DNA from: a candidate division FCPU426 bacterium
GTDB lineage: Bacteria > Oederibacteriota > Muellerivitia > Muellerivitales > Muellerivitaceae
Direction of reading: 5' to 3'
NCBI GenBank assembly: GCA_963796105.1
Contig: CAWCKJ010000003.1
Coordinates: forward strand, 544,001-608,000
DNA: 64,000 bases
The notes beneath the pieces were generated by a model. The model searched no databases. It was given only the letters and a program-made list of their open reading frames with translations, and had not been told where the DNA came from. Positions 1-8,621 of this stretch are shown piece after piece; within the stretch, counting starts at the first letter, position 1, and every line of letters begins with the position of its first letter. The translations under genes were made by a program, and so were the position numbers.

Positions 1-124
1 CCAGAAGGCTCACGATTTCCTCCGGATCGTCGAGAACCCTGTAAACGATCGGAATCCTGACCGAAAACCTCGGGTCAACCCTTTTATCGCTTTGATTTTC
101 ATTTTGAAGGAATGCTTCCGGCAT
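1..124 (-). CDS. PilZ-domain protein, N-terminal part (runs off the window start)
   Basis: Manual translation MPEAFLQNENQSDKRVDPRFSVRIPIVYRVLDDPEEIV; RxxxR motif; close paralog of 353..724. Confidence 0.8.
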   Translation of the reverse strand, partial: MPEAFLQNENQSDKRVDPRFSVRIPIVYRVLDDPEEIVSLL

Positions 125-352
125 AGTCACCTTTCAAATTAAATTTTCCCGGCAATCCTTTATCAAATAGCCCGAAAATATTTAATCCATTTATCCTATT
201 TCATTTAATGATTTATCTCATTGATAGGGTTAATCTGGTCAAAACACGGATATTTTCGAGTCTTATTCCCCGGCCGATAGAATTATTTCGGACGGAAGTT
301 TTGATTTCCAGCGCTTCCGGAGGGCCTTGGTCCGCGCCAAAGGAATGGGGTT

Positions 353-724
353 TTAATCGCTGAGGGACGCTTTGTCGATATAAGCCTTGAAGGTTTTCAA
401 GTCATTATTTTTCATGGCCAGGAAGCGGATTCCGCCTCCCATTTCGTTCGACCAAACCACCTCGGCCATCGCGTTCAATTTTTTTACCACGCCGGGAATC
501 GGTATGTCAAAACTCAGGATGTTCCCTTGTTCAAGCGTTTGATCCGCCACTATGTACATGCCGCCCAGGCTGACGTTCAAGGTGGGGTGATGGACTTCCT
601 TTTTACCCCTGTCCCGAATGCTCCTGATTTCCTTGGGATCGTCGAGCACCCTAAAAACAATAGGTATGATAGCGTCAACCCGGGGGTTCACCCGCCTATC
701 CTTTTGCAGATAAGCTTCAGGCAT
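353..724 (-). CDS. Stand-alone PilZ-domain protein (putative c-di-GMP receptor)
   Basis: RxxxR (RVNPR) and NxSxxG (NVSLGG) motifs; AEVVW...GIRF C-terminus. Confidence 0.85.
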   Translation of the reverse strand: MPEAYLQKDRRVNPRVDAIIPIVFRVLDDPKEIRSIRDRGKKEVHHPTLNVSLGGMYIVADQTLEQGNILSFDIPIPGVVKKLNAMAEVVWSNEMGGGIRFLAMKNNDLKTFKAYIDKASLSD

Positions 725-782
725 AAGCGATTCCCTTTTTATAAAATTCCCTAACGGTTTCCCCTAAGACCCACCGCCCAGA

Positions 783-959
783 TTACAGCTTGTACTTTTT
801 CTTCACTTCTTTTTCCGCCTGAAGCCAGTCCGACAGTTCGTCTCCGGGCTTATTGGCGGAGGTTCTTTTCAAGAAAACCTCTCCCGCGGTTTTTCGAATT
901 TCCTCTTGGAGCGTCTCAAGGGATGGTTTAGATTGAGTTTGCTTCGTTTCTTTTGCCAT
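783..959 (-). CDS. Small DUF2934-like protein (58 aa, absent from the ORF track)
   Basis: MAKETKQTQSKPSLETLQEEIRKTAGEVFLKRTSANKPGDELSDWLQAEKEVKKKYKL*; EEIR..A...G...DWL.AE pattern; GGAG RBS upstream. Confidence 0.75.
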   Translation of the reverse strand: MAKETKQTQSKPSLETLQEEIRKTAGEVFLKRTSANKPGDELSDWLQAEKEVKKKYKL

Positions 960-1168
960 GACTGCGTCTCCTTTTTACCAAGACACAAAAAGATAATCTT
1001 GGGTAAAAGCTGGTTACTCCCCTCAACCGCTTATTACCCCTTTCATTATATTCCTTTTTTAAAAATATCACGCAATCTTCAGGGTCGAGCAAGAAATCGT
1101 TATTCGGGACCAATGCCCGAATCCTCGCATTGGGATCCAACCGTGAAGACATTAATCAGTCTGATTAA

Positions 1169-1304
1169 GGGGGTGAAAAAGGGGGGATGGGGGGTATTAG
1201 CTTTTGTTGTGTAACACCAAGAGGCTAACTTCCCCTCTATCCCCCTCTTTCAGAGGGGGAAGATAAAAAAATCAATAGACCGCAGGTGCTTTGTACATAG
1301 GCAT
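1169..1304. repeat. Partial inverted copy of the MITE-like element at 44065..44360
   Basis: 1169-1262 is a near-exact reverse complement of 44101-44195; atagaccgcaggtgctttg matches the element's terminal repeat. Confidence 0.8.
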
Positions 1305-1366
1305 AGGATTTTTTCTCGGATAAACAAGCGAAGAAAAGTGATCGGTTTGAGGCGTTTAAAAAGCTA

Positions 1367-1729
1367 TTAACCGCTATTATCGGCCAGCTTTTTCGATAGA
1401 TGGGCATTTAGGGTTTTCTCGTCGTCCTCAGCCATGACCAGGAAGCGGATTCCCGCCCCTTGGCCGCTGATCCTGACCACCTCCGCGAAAGCCGGTATGG
1501 TTTCCTTCTGGGACGGCAGGGTCAAGTTTAAGCGGATGATATTGCCCGCTTTCAAGTCTTGAACCCCCTTGAGGTAGATACCCCCGAAGCTCATGTTTAA
1601 ACCCAGTGAGTTCTTGTTGTTTTGGGCCTGGACCGGCATGGGTTCCTCAAAGAGACAGTAATCGATATGGATTTGCTCCTGGATCCGGGGATGGGTTCGA
1701 TGCTCAACTATGATTTTTCCTTCTTGCAT
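1367..1729 (-). CDS. Stand-alone PilZ-domain protein
   Basis: RTHPR and NMSFGG motifs; AEVVR...GIRF. Confidence 0.85.
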   Translation of the reverse strand: MQEGKIIVEHRTHPRIQEQIHIDYCLFEEPMPVQAQNNKNSLGLNMSFGGIYLKGVQDLKAGNIIRLNLTLPSQKETIPAFAEVVRISGQGAGIRFLVMAEDDEKTLNAHLSKKLADNSG

Positions 1730-1884
1730 TGCATCTCCTAAGCGGGTTAATGAAATTTATTCATTTGGAACAAGCTGACCGATATTTTCACTTACTAGGC
1801 ACCAAAGAACAAGGGAGCAATCAAAAATCATGATACGCGCCAAGACAAATTAAGGATATTCCCCCATGACCCGATTCCTCAAAT

Positions 1885-1921
1885 AAAAAAACCCTTCCCC
1901 CTCAAGGAGGGAAGGGTTTTT
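1885..1921 (-). terminator. Intrinsic terminator after the lipoprotein gene
   Basis: aaaaaaacccttcccc-ctcaa-ggagggaagggttttt hairpin with A/T tracts. Confidence 0.7.
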
Positions 1922-1936
1922 AAGACTACAGGTAGT

Positions 1937-2842
1937 TTATTTATGCGTTAAGGCGAAGCCGCAGCCCACGCCGATCAAGCCGCCCTTGATGGTGGTGGCA
2001 CTGCTTACTGTGGTCGTCCAATTGATCTCCTCGATTCCTGAATAATAGGTCGCGGGCGAGCTCAGGGGGCTGTAGTCCGACGGGTTGAAGGTGTAAGGGC
2101 TCGAATACCCGCTGGAGCTTCCGGCGTTATAGTAGGAAAGTGTAACGGCGTAGGAGGGCGTGGTCTGAAAACCTACCACGAAAGACGCGTCATACATGCC
2201 CAGGTTCGTGATGGTATCCGTGACATCGGGGCCGCTGGGATAGGAAAAGGCGTTGCCGCCCGCCGGAGTCAGGGTGCTTGTAGCCGTGTCCCCAATACCG
2301 GATACCGACAAAGTGTAAGGGGTGGTCGGGGAGTAGGAGCTTAAGGATCCTGTGTACACTGAAAAATAATATCCATTATAAGTCACGGATTCCGCATAAC
2401 TCAGCGATATGGTCGAGCCTCCGCTAGGCGTCAGGCTGACAATGGCGTTATTAACAGCTGTATTGGCCACCGATACGTCCGCGAAGGCGAACCCTTCGGA
2501 TATGGGTGTGAAACTGCTGTTGATATTGCTTTCATCCACGTTCATTCCCATGATCATGCCAACCGCCCAGGTACCAGTGCCCGCGGCGGCGAATGGCCCG
2601 ACGGAAGCGAACATCGGTGAAAAAGCGGCGTTCAGGGCGGAGTTCACGCCGTTGGTTCCGGCTGAATTGCCCATGGAGTAAGCCCCAACATAGGAGCCAA
2701 AAGAACTAAAAAGAGTGGTAAAGGGCACGCCGCTGGCGGCGGGAGTAGGCGTGGTAGAAGTTTTGCTGCAACCCCATTGAAGCGTCGCCAACAAGCAAAC
2801 CGCCATCAAGAATTGGATCCCTTTTAAACTTTTACGGCTCAT
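1937..2842 (-). CDS. Ser/Thr/Gly-rich putative lipoprotein, function unknown
   Basis: Basic N-terminus, hydrophobic stretch, lipobox-like QWGC followed by a S/T/P linker; GAGG RBS. Confidence 0.65.
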   Translation of the reverse strand: MSRKSLKGIQFLMAVCLLATLQWGCSKTSTTPTPAASGVPFTTLFSSFGSYVGAYSMGNSAGTNGVNSALNAAFSPMFASVGPFAAAGTGTWAVGMIMGMNVDESNINSSFTPISEGFAFADVSVANTAVNNAIVSLTPSGGSTISLSYAESVTYNGYYFSVYTGSLSSYSPTTPYTLSVSGIGDTATSTLTPAGGNAFSYPSGPDVTDTITNLGMYDASFVVGFQTTPSYAVTLSYYNAGSSSGYSSPYTFNPSDYSPLSSPATYYSGIEEINWTTTVSSATTIKGGLIGVGCGFALTHK

Positions 2843-2945
2843 AACAACCTCCTCGGACCTTATGGATTCTTTTCCAACAAGGGAAGATTATATCACCCGG
2901 CGTGAATTCCAGGTCAATTGAAACCGGTAAAACATCGTTAAAATC

Positions 2946-3335
2946 TCAGGGTTTCCCGGCCGGAGCATGGAGTTGCAAGGATTCCCCCGCCAGTTCCTCG
3001 GCAAAAGCCCTCAAGATCCTCCTGCGTTGGGGGGATTTGAAACTATTCCCAAGCCACTGAAGCGTCACCAGGTCAAACGCCTCTCCCTGCCCGACCGTTT
3101 GAGGGAAATGCTCGATCCAAACCAGCTGGCTCGGCGGTATTTCGCATTTTCCCTGCACGGTATTAGCCAGCGCCACGAAACCCGTGACCGCGATCGAGCC
3201 TGCCTTGGCGTTGGCGGATTGGGAAACCACCACCGTCTTGTTGATCTTCGGGTTATCGAACATCCTGAGAGAGCAATGGGCCAGGGCCTTAGGCTTATTC
3301 CCCCACTTGAAATTGTCGTTAAAAATCGTTTCCAT
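2946..3335 (-). CDS. Hypothetical protein
   Basis: 129-aa ORF with GGAGG RBS directly after vapC; LVWIEHFP...FDLVTLQW segment looks like a conserved motif. Confidence 0.6.
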   Translation of the reverse strand: METIFNDNFKWGNKPKALAHCSLRMFDNPKINKTVVVSQSANAKAGSIAVTGFVALANTVQGKCEIPPSQLVWIEHFPQTVGQGEAFDLVTLQWLGNSFKSPQRRRILRAFAEELAGESLQLHAPAGKP

Positions 3336-3347
3336 GATTTTCCTCCC

Positions 3348-3746
3348 CTAAATCCAGTTTATTTTCAGTTCTTTTTCCAAAACCTTAAATTCCGGGTCCC
3401 CAGTGACAAGCTCGGCCTTATTCCGCTTGGCCAAGGCCGCCGCGAACGCGTCGGCATAGGGGATTTTATGGTCCGCCTTGAGCTTGGCGGCATCCGATGC
3501 CAGGGATTCGTCGGCCGCCACCACTTCCACCGGATACCCGCTTATGACCTTGAGGCAGTTCTCGGCCTGCTCGGGACCCCGCTCCCTGCTGGTGATGTAG
3601 TAAAGCTCGCCCCAATTCACGACGCACATGGAAGCCTCCACATCGCCTTCCAGCGCCTTCTTCAGGATCTCGATCACGGGCCTTCCCGCTTCCTCGCCGT
3701 TGAAATAGGCAATCAGCGCGTAACTGTCCAGGACGTAGCGTTTCAA
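3348..3746 (-). CDS. vapC: VapC PIN-domain toxin
   Basis: YVLDSYALIAY, NWGE, YADAFAAALA, LVTGDPEF PIN motifs. Confidence 0.9.
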   Translation of the reverse strand: MKRYVLDSYALIAYFNGEEAGRPVIEILKKALEGDVEASMCVVNWGELYYITSRERGPEQAENCLKVISGYPVEVVAADESLASDAAKLKADHKIPYADAFAAALAKRNKAELVTGDPEFKVLEKELKINWI

Positions 3747-4003
3747 GATTTGGAATCCTCCCGCTCACGGTCCCTTTTTCTTTCCTCCAGGAGGGCCTTC
3801 AAGGCGATCCCCTTCCCTCCCTTGAGAATCCCGAAATTCTTTTCGATGGCCTCGGGAGTGACCGGAACCACCCGGATCTCCCCATCCCTCTCATAGATGC
3901 TCACCTGCGTACCGCCTTTCAACCCTAAACGCCTGCGGATTTTCGCGGGTATCACCACCTGGCCCTTGGGCGTCATGAGGGTTCGCTTCCAGCCTGTTTC
4001 CAT
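3743..4003 (-). CDS. AbrB/MazE/SpoVT-family antitoxin
   Basis: MTPKGQVVIPAKIRRRLGLKGG; overlaps the vapC start; start codon uncertain. Confidence 0.85.
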   Translation of the reverse strand: METGWKRTLMTPKGQVVIPAKIRRRLGLKGGTQVSIYERDGEIRVVPVTPEAIEKNFGILKGGKGIALKALLEERKRDREREDSKS

Positions 4004-4170
4004 CGTTTTCAAGGGGCGGCTCCATTTGTGCAACTTTATTAATTTAGTATAACATTTTTTATTAGTTGTATATATATTAATTTGTTGTACTTTTCAATAA
4101 AAGGGACTATACCCAACAATGTCTAGGATTCCGTTTAAGGCCCGGATTCTTATGGGGAGAATGGCGAAAT

Positions 4171-5094
4171 TTAACGGTCTTTGGCGGGTCTGGCGGGAAG
4201 AAACACCGACCCGTAAATCTTTTTACTGTTCCGGCCCATGGCGTTTGCGAAGATGGAGACGGTGTAGGTACGGGAGTTTTCCAAGCCTGCGACGGCCAGC
4301 TCTTCTTTTCCCGTGAACCAGGTCATGGATTTTTTCTCGTAATTCCGCTCCCCATTCAGCTCGATCACGTAGCCATCCGCCCCTTGAAGCTTTTCCCAAC
4401 TTAAGCGCATCATTCCATTGCCGGCCTTAATCCTGAAATGTTTAGGGGCATCCGGCTGGGTCCTGGCGGTTTTTCCGGACATCTTAGGCGGGCCAAACAG
4501 CCTGTAATCTATCGGCTCCACTTTCGCCCCATTCGCGCCGTTCTTCCCCCGCGCTTTCACGGAGGATTTAAAGGAATTCGAGCAAAGGGCCAGGATAGGC
4601 TCCCATTCTTTCCGTCGTATCTTGGGAAACACCATTTTGAACCCCAAGTCCCTATGCTCAACGAGCATAATCCTTTTGAAATAAACGACATTCCCGTCCT
4701 GCTCGCCCATCACCACGAAATATTTATCCCGAAACTCCTTATGTTTGATTTGAACCCCTGACTCGGCGAGATGCCTTAATAGCTTCTTATAATCCCCCTC
4801 CCACTTCTCCCGGTTCCCGATGAAATGATCGGCAATCGAAATGGAGGACTTCAAGTCATAGGAATAAAAGGTTTCGGTGCCGGGATCAACCGCCAATAAA
4901 TCCACCGGATATTTCATCTCGAAAAAATTATTTTTTGAGTGGTAAAGAAAAGTGAGTTTTTCGTTGGGGGCCGCATTCCCCGGGAGTTTATCCGCGCTCA
5001 GCACAACCGGAACTGTTGAAAGCAATAAAAGGATTAGGATGATACCCGCGCGCCTCATGGAATGGCGGCTCCAACGTGAAAATGGGATTTTCAT
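4171..5094 (-). CDS. Exported protein with C-terminal fibronectin type III domain
   Basis: Signal peptide; PDAP...LSW...GYVI...GLENSRTYTVSI FN3 pattern. Confidence 0.6.
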   Translation of the reverse strand: MKIPFSRWSRHSMRRAGIILILLLLSTVPVVLSADKLPGNAAPNEKLTFLYHSKNNFFEMKYPVDLLAVDPGTETFYSYDLKSSISIADHFIGNREKWEGDYKKLLRHLAESGVQIKHKEFRDKYFVVMGEQDGNVVYFKRIMLVEHRDLGFKMVFPKIRRKEWEPILALCSNSFKSSVKARGKNGANGAKVEPIDYRLFGPPKMSGKTARTQPDAPKHFRIKAGNGMMRLSWEKLQGADGYVIELNGERNYEKKSMTWFTGKEELAVAGLENSRTYTVSIFANAMGRNSKKIYGSVFLPARPAKDR

Positions 5095-5135
5095 CTTTTG
5101 AACCCGGTATTTTTTATGCGGAGGGATGGTTCTAT

Positions 5136-5957
5136 TCAGACTTTATTCAAGCCCAGGTCCATGACGACCTGCTCGATGATGTCGGCGTCTATCTTTTCCC
5201 GTTTCAAAAGGTAGCCTTCCAGCATGGCGTTATCGCAAATGGTGTTGATCAGGCGGGGAATCCCCTTCGTATAATCAAAGATCTTCTTGTAAGCGTTGGC
5301 CGTGAACAGGTCCTTGGAACAACCGGCCACTCCCAAACGGTGCCGGATGTATTGGACGGTCGTCGCGGAATCCAATGAATGGATGGAAATTTTCATACCT
5401 ACCCTTTGCAGGAGGGGCGGATCCAAAGCCAGGTAATTCTCCATTTCAGGCAGGCCCAGCAGGATGAAGGTGATGAGTTTGTGTCCCGGAACCTCCAGGT
5501 TCAAAAGCCCGCGCAATTCCTCGAAAATCTCCTTTTTCCGGAGCATATTCGCCTCATCAATCACCACCACCGCTTTCCGTCCCTCTTCGCGGATGCGCAT
5601 GAGCCTCTGGGTCAATTGGGCGATGATTTTCCCCTTCTCATCGCCGGGATCCTCCACCCCCAGGTGGTGGGCGATTTTTTTCAACAGCCACTCCGCTGTG
5701 ATTTCCGTGTGGATGATGACCAATAGGGTGGCCTCGTATTGAGGGTCCTTTTCCAGCTTCTCCAGGACCTTGCGGGCGAGAAGGGTTTTGCCCGTGCCGA
5801 TCCCCCCCGTCACCACCGTCAGGCCGTTCATGTTGTCCGCGGCGTACAGCATCCGCACCAGGGCTTCCGAGTGCTGGCTGTTCTCGAAAAAGAACCGGCT
5901 GTCAGGCGTGTTGGAATAAGCCTGCTCGTTGAGGCCGTAGAAATTTTCGTAACTCAT
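5136..5957 (-). CDS. ExeA/GspA-family AAA ATPase
   Basis: YENFYGL..AYSNTPD N-terminus, Walker A GGIGTGKT, Walker B VIDEA, GIPRLINTICDNA. Confidence 0.85.
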   Translation of the reverse strand: MSYENFYGLNEQAYSNTPDSRFFFENSQHSEALVRMLYAADNMNGLTVVTGGIGTGKTLLARKVLEKLEKDPQYEATLLVIIHTEITAEWLLKKIAHHLGVEDPGDEKGKIIAQLTQRLMRIREEGRKAVVVIDEANMLRKKEIFEELRGLLNLEVPGHKLITFILLGLPEMENYLALDPPLLQRVGMKISIHSLDSATTVQYIRHRLGVAGCSKDLFTANAYKKIFDYTKGIPRLINTICDNAMLEGYLLKREKIDADIIEQVVMDLGLNKV

Positions 5958-6066
5958 TACACAACCCTTTCAAGGATTCCCGTCCCTTTCAACATGGCCA
6001 ACGGGATAAGATCGGAGTATTTCTCCGGCAGACTTTAAACGGCTCCACTCAAAAAAGCCAGGATCT

Positions 6067-6142
6067 TGGTGAGTCGGCCGGGGATCGAACCCGGGACACC
6101 TACATTAAAAGTGTAGTGCTCTACCAACTGAGCTACCGACTC
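6067..6142 (-). tRNA. tRNA-Lys (UUU)
   Basis: GAGTCGG acceptor stem, anticodon arm CTACA-CTTTTAA-TGTAG, GTTCGA T-loop, encoded CCA. Confidence 0.95.
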
Positions 6143-6163
6143 ACCCAAACCCCGTGCGTTCGG

Positions 6164-7477
6164 CTAATTCTTCTTGAAAATCCTGGACCGGTCTTGCCCC
6201 ACCGAAATCCAACGGATCGGGACCTCCACGAATTTCTCAACCACGTCCAAATACCTCCTGGCCTCCACTGGTAGGTCCGCCAGCCTCGTGACACGGGAAA
6301 GGTCCCCGTCCCAGCCCTTCATCACGGCATAAACCGGCTCGCACTTGGAAAGCTCCGACAGACTGGCCGGAAATTCCGTGACCGTCCTTCCCCCCAGCTT
6401 GTAGCCTTTGCACAGTTTCAGCGACTTCACCGTGCTGAGTACGTCCAGCTTGGTGATAAGCAGGCCGGTCAATCCATTGATCCGGCAGGCGTATTTCAGC
6501 GCGACTAAATCCATCCAGCCGCAGCGCCTGGGCCTTCCCGTCGTGGCGCCGAACTCCCCGCCCATCTGGCGGATTTTGGCGCCGAAAGCCTCCTCCATCT
6601 CGGAGGGAAAAGGCCCCTCCCCCACCCGCGTGGTATAGGCCTTGGCCACGCCGAAAATCTCATCCAGGCATTGGGGCCCGATGCCCAAGCCCGTGCAAAC
6701 CCCGCCCACGCTCGCGCTGGAGGAGGTGACATAGGGATAGGTCCCGAAATCCACGTCCAGGAGGGTCCCTTGGGCTCCCTCGGCCAGGAAATTCTTTCCT
6801 GCTTTGAGCTTATCCGCCAGGAACTTCGAGGTGTCCCTTACCAGGGGCTTGATCCTCGGGAAAGTCCTCAAGTACTCATCGGCGATCTTGTCCGCGTCCG
6901 CCAGGGCGGAGCCGTAATAATTCTTGAGCCAAAAATTCTTTTCCTTCACGATTTCCTTGAGCTTTTTCCGGAAATCAGTGGCCGAGAAGAAGTCACAGAT
7001 CCTCAAACCCACCCGCGCCACCTTGTCCATGTAAGCGGGACCGATGCCCCGGTTCGTCGTGCCGATTTTTCCAACGCCCTTGCGGTTTTCGGAGGCCCCG
7101 TCCAGCAGGCGGTGGTAGGGCATAAGAACCTGCGCCCTGTCGCTAATGATCAGGTGCCCGTCGAGCTCCACTCCGGCTTTCTTGAGGGAATCCATCTCGT
7201 CCAATAGGGCCACCGGGTCCAGGACCACGCCGTTGCCGATCAAGCAGGTCTTACCGTCATGGAGTATGCCCGAGGGAATCTGGTGGAACACGATTTTCCG
7301 GCCCTCGGCCACGACCGTGTGGCCGGCGTTGCTTCCGCCCTGGTAGCGGGCCACGATGTCCACCTGCTCGGTGAGCACATCCACCATCTTGGCCTTGCCC
7401 TCGTCGCCCCATTGGGCGCCGATAATGACCAGGTTTTTCTTCTGGCGAGCCGATGTTTTTTTGTTTTTAAGAGCCAT
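6164..7477 (-). CDS. purA: Adenylosuccinate synthetase
   Basis: GAQWGDEGKAK, GTTNRGIGP, EFGATTGRPRRCGW; start placed at MALKNKK. Confidence 0.97.
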   Translation of the reverse strand: MALKNKKTSARQKKNLVIIGAQWGDEGKAKMVDVLTEQVDIVARYQGGSNAGHTVVAEGRKIVFHQIPSGILHDGKTCLIGNGVVLDPVALLDEMDSLKKAGVELDGHLIISDRAQVLMPYHRLLDGASENRKGVGKIGTTNRGIGPAYMDKVARVGLRICDFFSATDFRKKLKEIVKEKNFWLKNYYGSALADADKIADEYLRTFPRIKPLVRDTSKFLADKLKAGKNFLAEGAQGTLLDVDFGTYPYVTSSSASVGGVCTGLGIGPQCLDEIFGVAKAYTTRVGEGPFPSEMEEAFGAKIRQMGGEFGATTGRPRRCGWMDLVALKYACRINGLTGLLITKLDVLSTVKSLKLCKGYKLGGRTVTEFPASLSELSKCEPVYAVMKGWDGDLSRVTRLADLPVEARRYLDVVEKFVEVPIRWISVGQDRSRIFKKN

Positions 7478-7508
7478 GTTTTCCCCCGGATTCCAGGCCA
7501 TACCGGAC

Positions 7509-7591
7509 AAAAAAAAACCCTGCCAATGGGGGCAGAGTTGGAAATTCCCTGAAATCCCGCTCATCTTAAGGCATCCCCCCCTTTAAAACAA
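7509..7591 (-). promoter_or_regulatory. purA promoter (TTGTTT-17-TAAGAT) with a leader terminator; putative attenuator
   Basis: -35 at 7591-7586, -10 at 7568-7563; hairpin AACTCTGCC/GGCAGGGTT followed by T9 about 30 nt before the start codon. Confidence 0.55.
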
Positions 7592-7713
7592 GCGGGTTTA
7601 TGTTTCTTCACGTTTCATTTAAGCCGTCTCGGACCGGCATTGGAAGTGCCGTTTTAAAGGACCGGCGAATGGGCTTATAATGTGGCATCAACGGCCGGAT
7701 GCCGCGAATCACC

Positions 7714-7922
7714 TATGAAGCCCCACGGGCAAGCCCGTGGCACCTATTGATCCCCCTTCGCCAAGGCTTCGGGGGATTTATCCACCACTTTATTTAAGGA
7801 ATCCACCGCAGCAAGGTATTCATTCCTGGCCATCTGGCTACGCCGAAGCTTCGCCAGACAGGCGGCCGGGGCCTGTCCTCCGCAGCTTCAGCGAAGGAGG
7901 GTTTTCCGCGAAGGTGGATGAA
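7714..7922. mobile_element. Non-autonomous IS200/IS605-like palindromic element carrying three nested REP-like inserts
   Basis: Terminal hairpins CCACGGGC-AA-GCCCGTGG and CCTGGCC/GGCCGGG; three related 26-30 bp palindromes. Confidence 0.5.
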
Positions 7923-7932
7923 CGGACGGATC

Positions 7933-8595
7933 ATGAGGAAGATTGTCTTGGCTGTCTGCGTATGGATGGGGCTGGCAGGGCTTGCGCCCACGCTTGCCTT
8001 TTCCATCGGCCCCGAGGGCGGGCTCAATTTTTCCAGCATTCCCGTGATGCCTAACACCCAGACCCTCACGGATTTGCTGGACGATTATACCGAGGGCCTT
8101 TACGCCGATTTCTCCCTGGGTTCCTTTCTTTACCTCCAAACCGAGATGCGCATCACCGGCAAGGGCACCTACGACAAAGAGCAGATCATCGTCGCGGACA
8201 ATTCGAATAATCCCATCGGCTACTACCAGCAATTCGAGTCTATCAGCTTGAATTACCTCGAGTGGCCCGTGATGCTGAAGCTCGAGGACAGCGCCGGGGG
8301 CGATTGGAGGGTCCATGTCCTGGGAGGCCCCTATGTCGCTTACCTGATCGGCGCCAGCGACCACGTTGACATCAACGGAAACGGCTTCCTCTCCGACGAT
8401 TCTTTCGACCTCAACGTCCTCAAGGACTACAACCGGTTGGACTATGGGCTCGTTTTCGGGGTGGGACTGGTGTTCAAGAAAACCTTCGTGGATTTCCGCT
8501 TCGACCTGGGGCTCAACGGCCTCGCCAAGAACGCCGACCCTCCCAACCTGCAAAACCGAACCTTTTCGCTCTTGTTCGGATACGAGTTCTTTTAG
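7933..8595 (+). CDS. Outer-membrane beta-barrel protein (PorT / OMP_b-brl_2-like)
   Basis: Signal peptide, GPEGGLNFS, LNYLEWPVMLK, GGPYVAYL, DYGLVFGVG, terminal aromatic YEFF. Confidence 0.8.
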   Translation: MRKIVLAVCVWMGLAGLAPTLAFSIGPEGGLNFSSIPVMPNTQTLTDLLDDYTEGLYADFSLGSFLYLQTEMRITGKGTYDKEQIIVADNSNNPIGYYQQFESISLNYLEWPVMLKLEDSAGGDWRVHVLGGPYVAYLIGASDHVDINGNGFLSDDSFDLNVLKDYNRLDYGLVFGVGLVFKKTFVDFRFDLGLNGLAKNADPPNLQNRTFSLLFGYEFF

Positions 8596-8621
8596 CCAAA
8601 CCCGTCAGAACCGGCGTTTCC

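Noticed and set aside
6067..6142. tRNA-Lys or tRNA-Gly (22132..22206) as an island attachment site
   Set aside because: No duplicated tRNA 3' end and no integrase seen in the window
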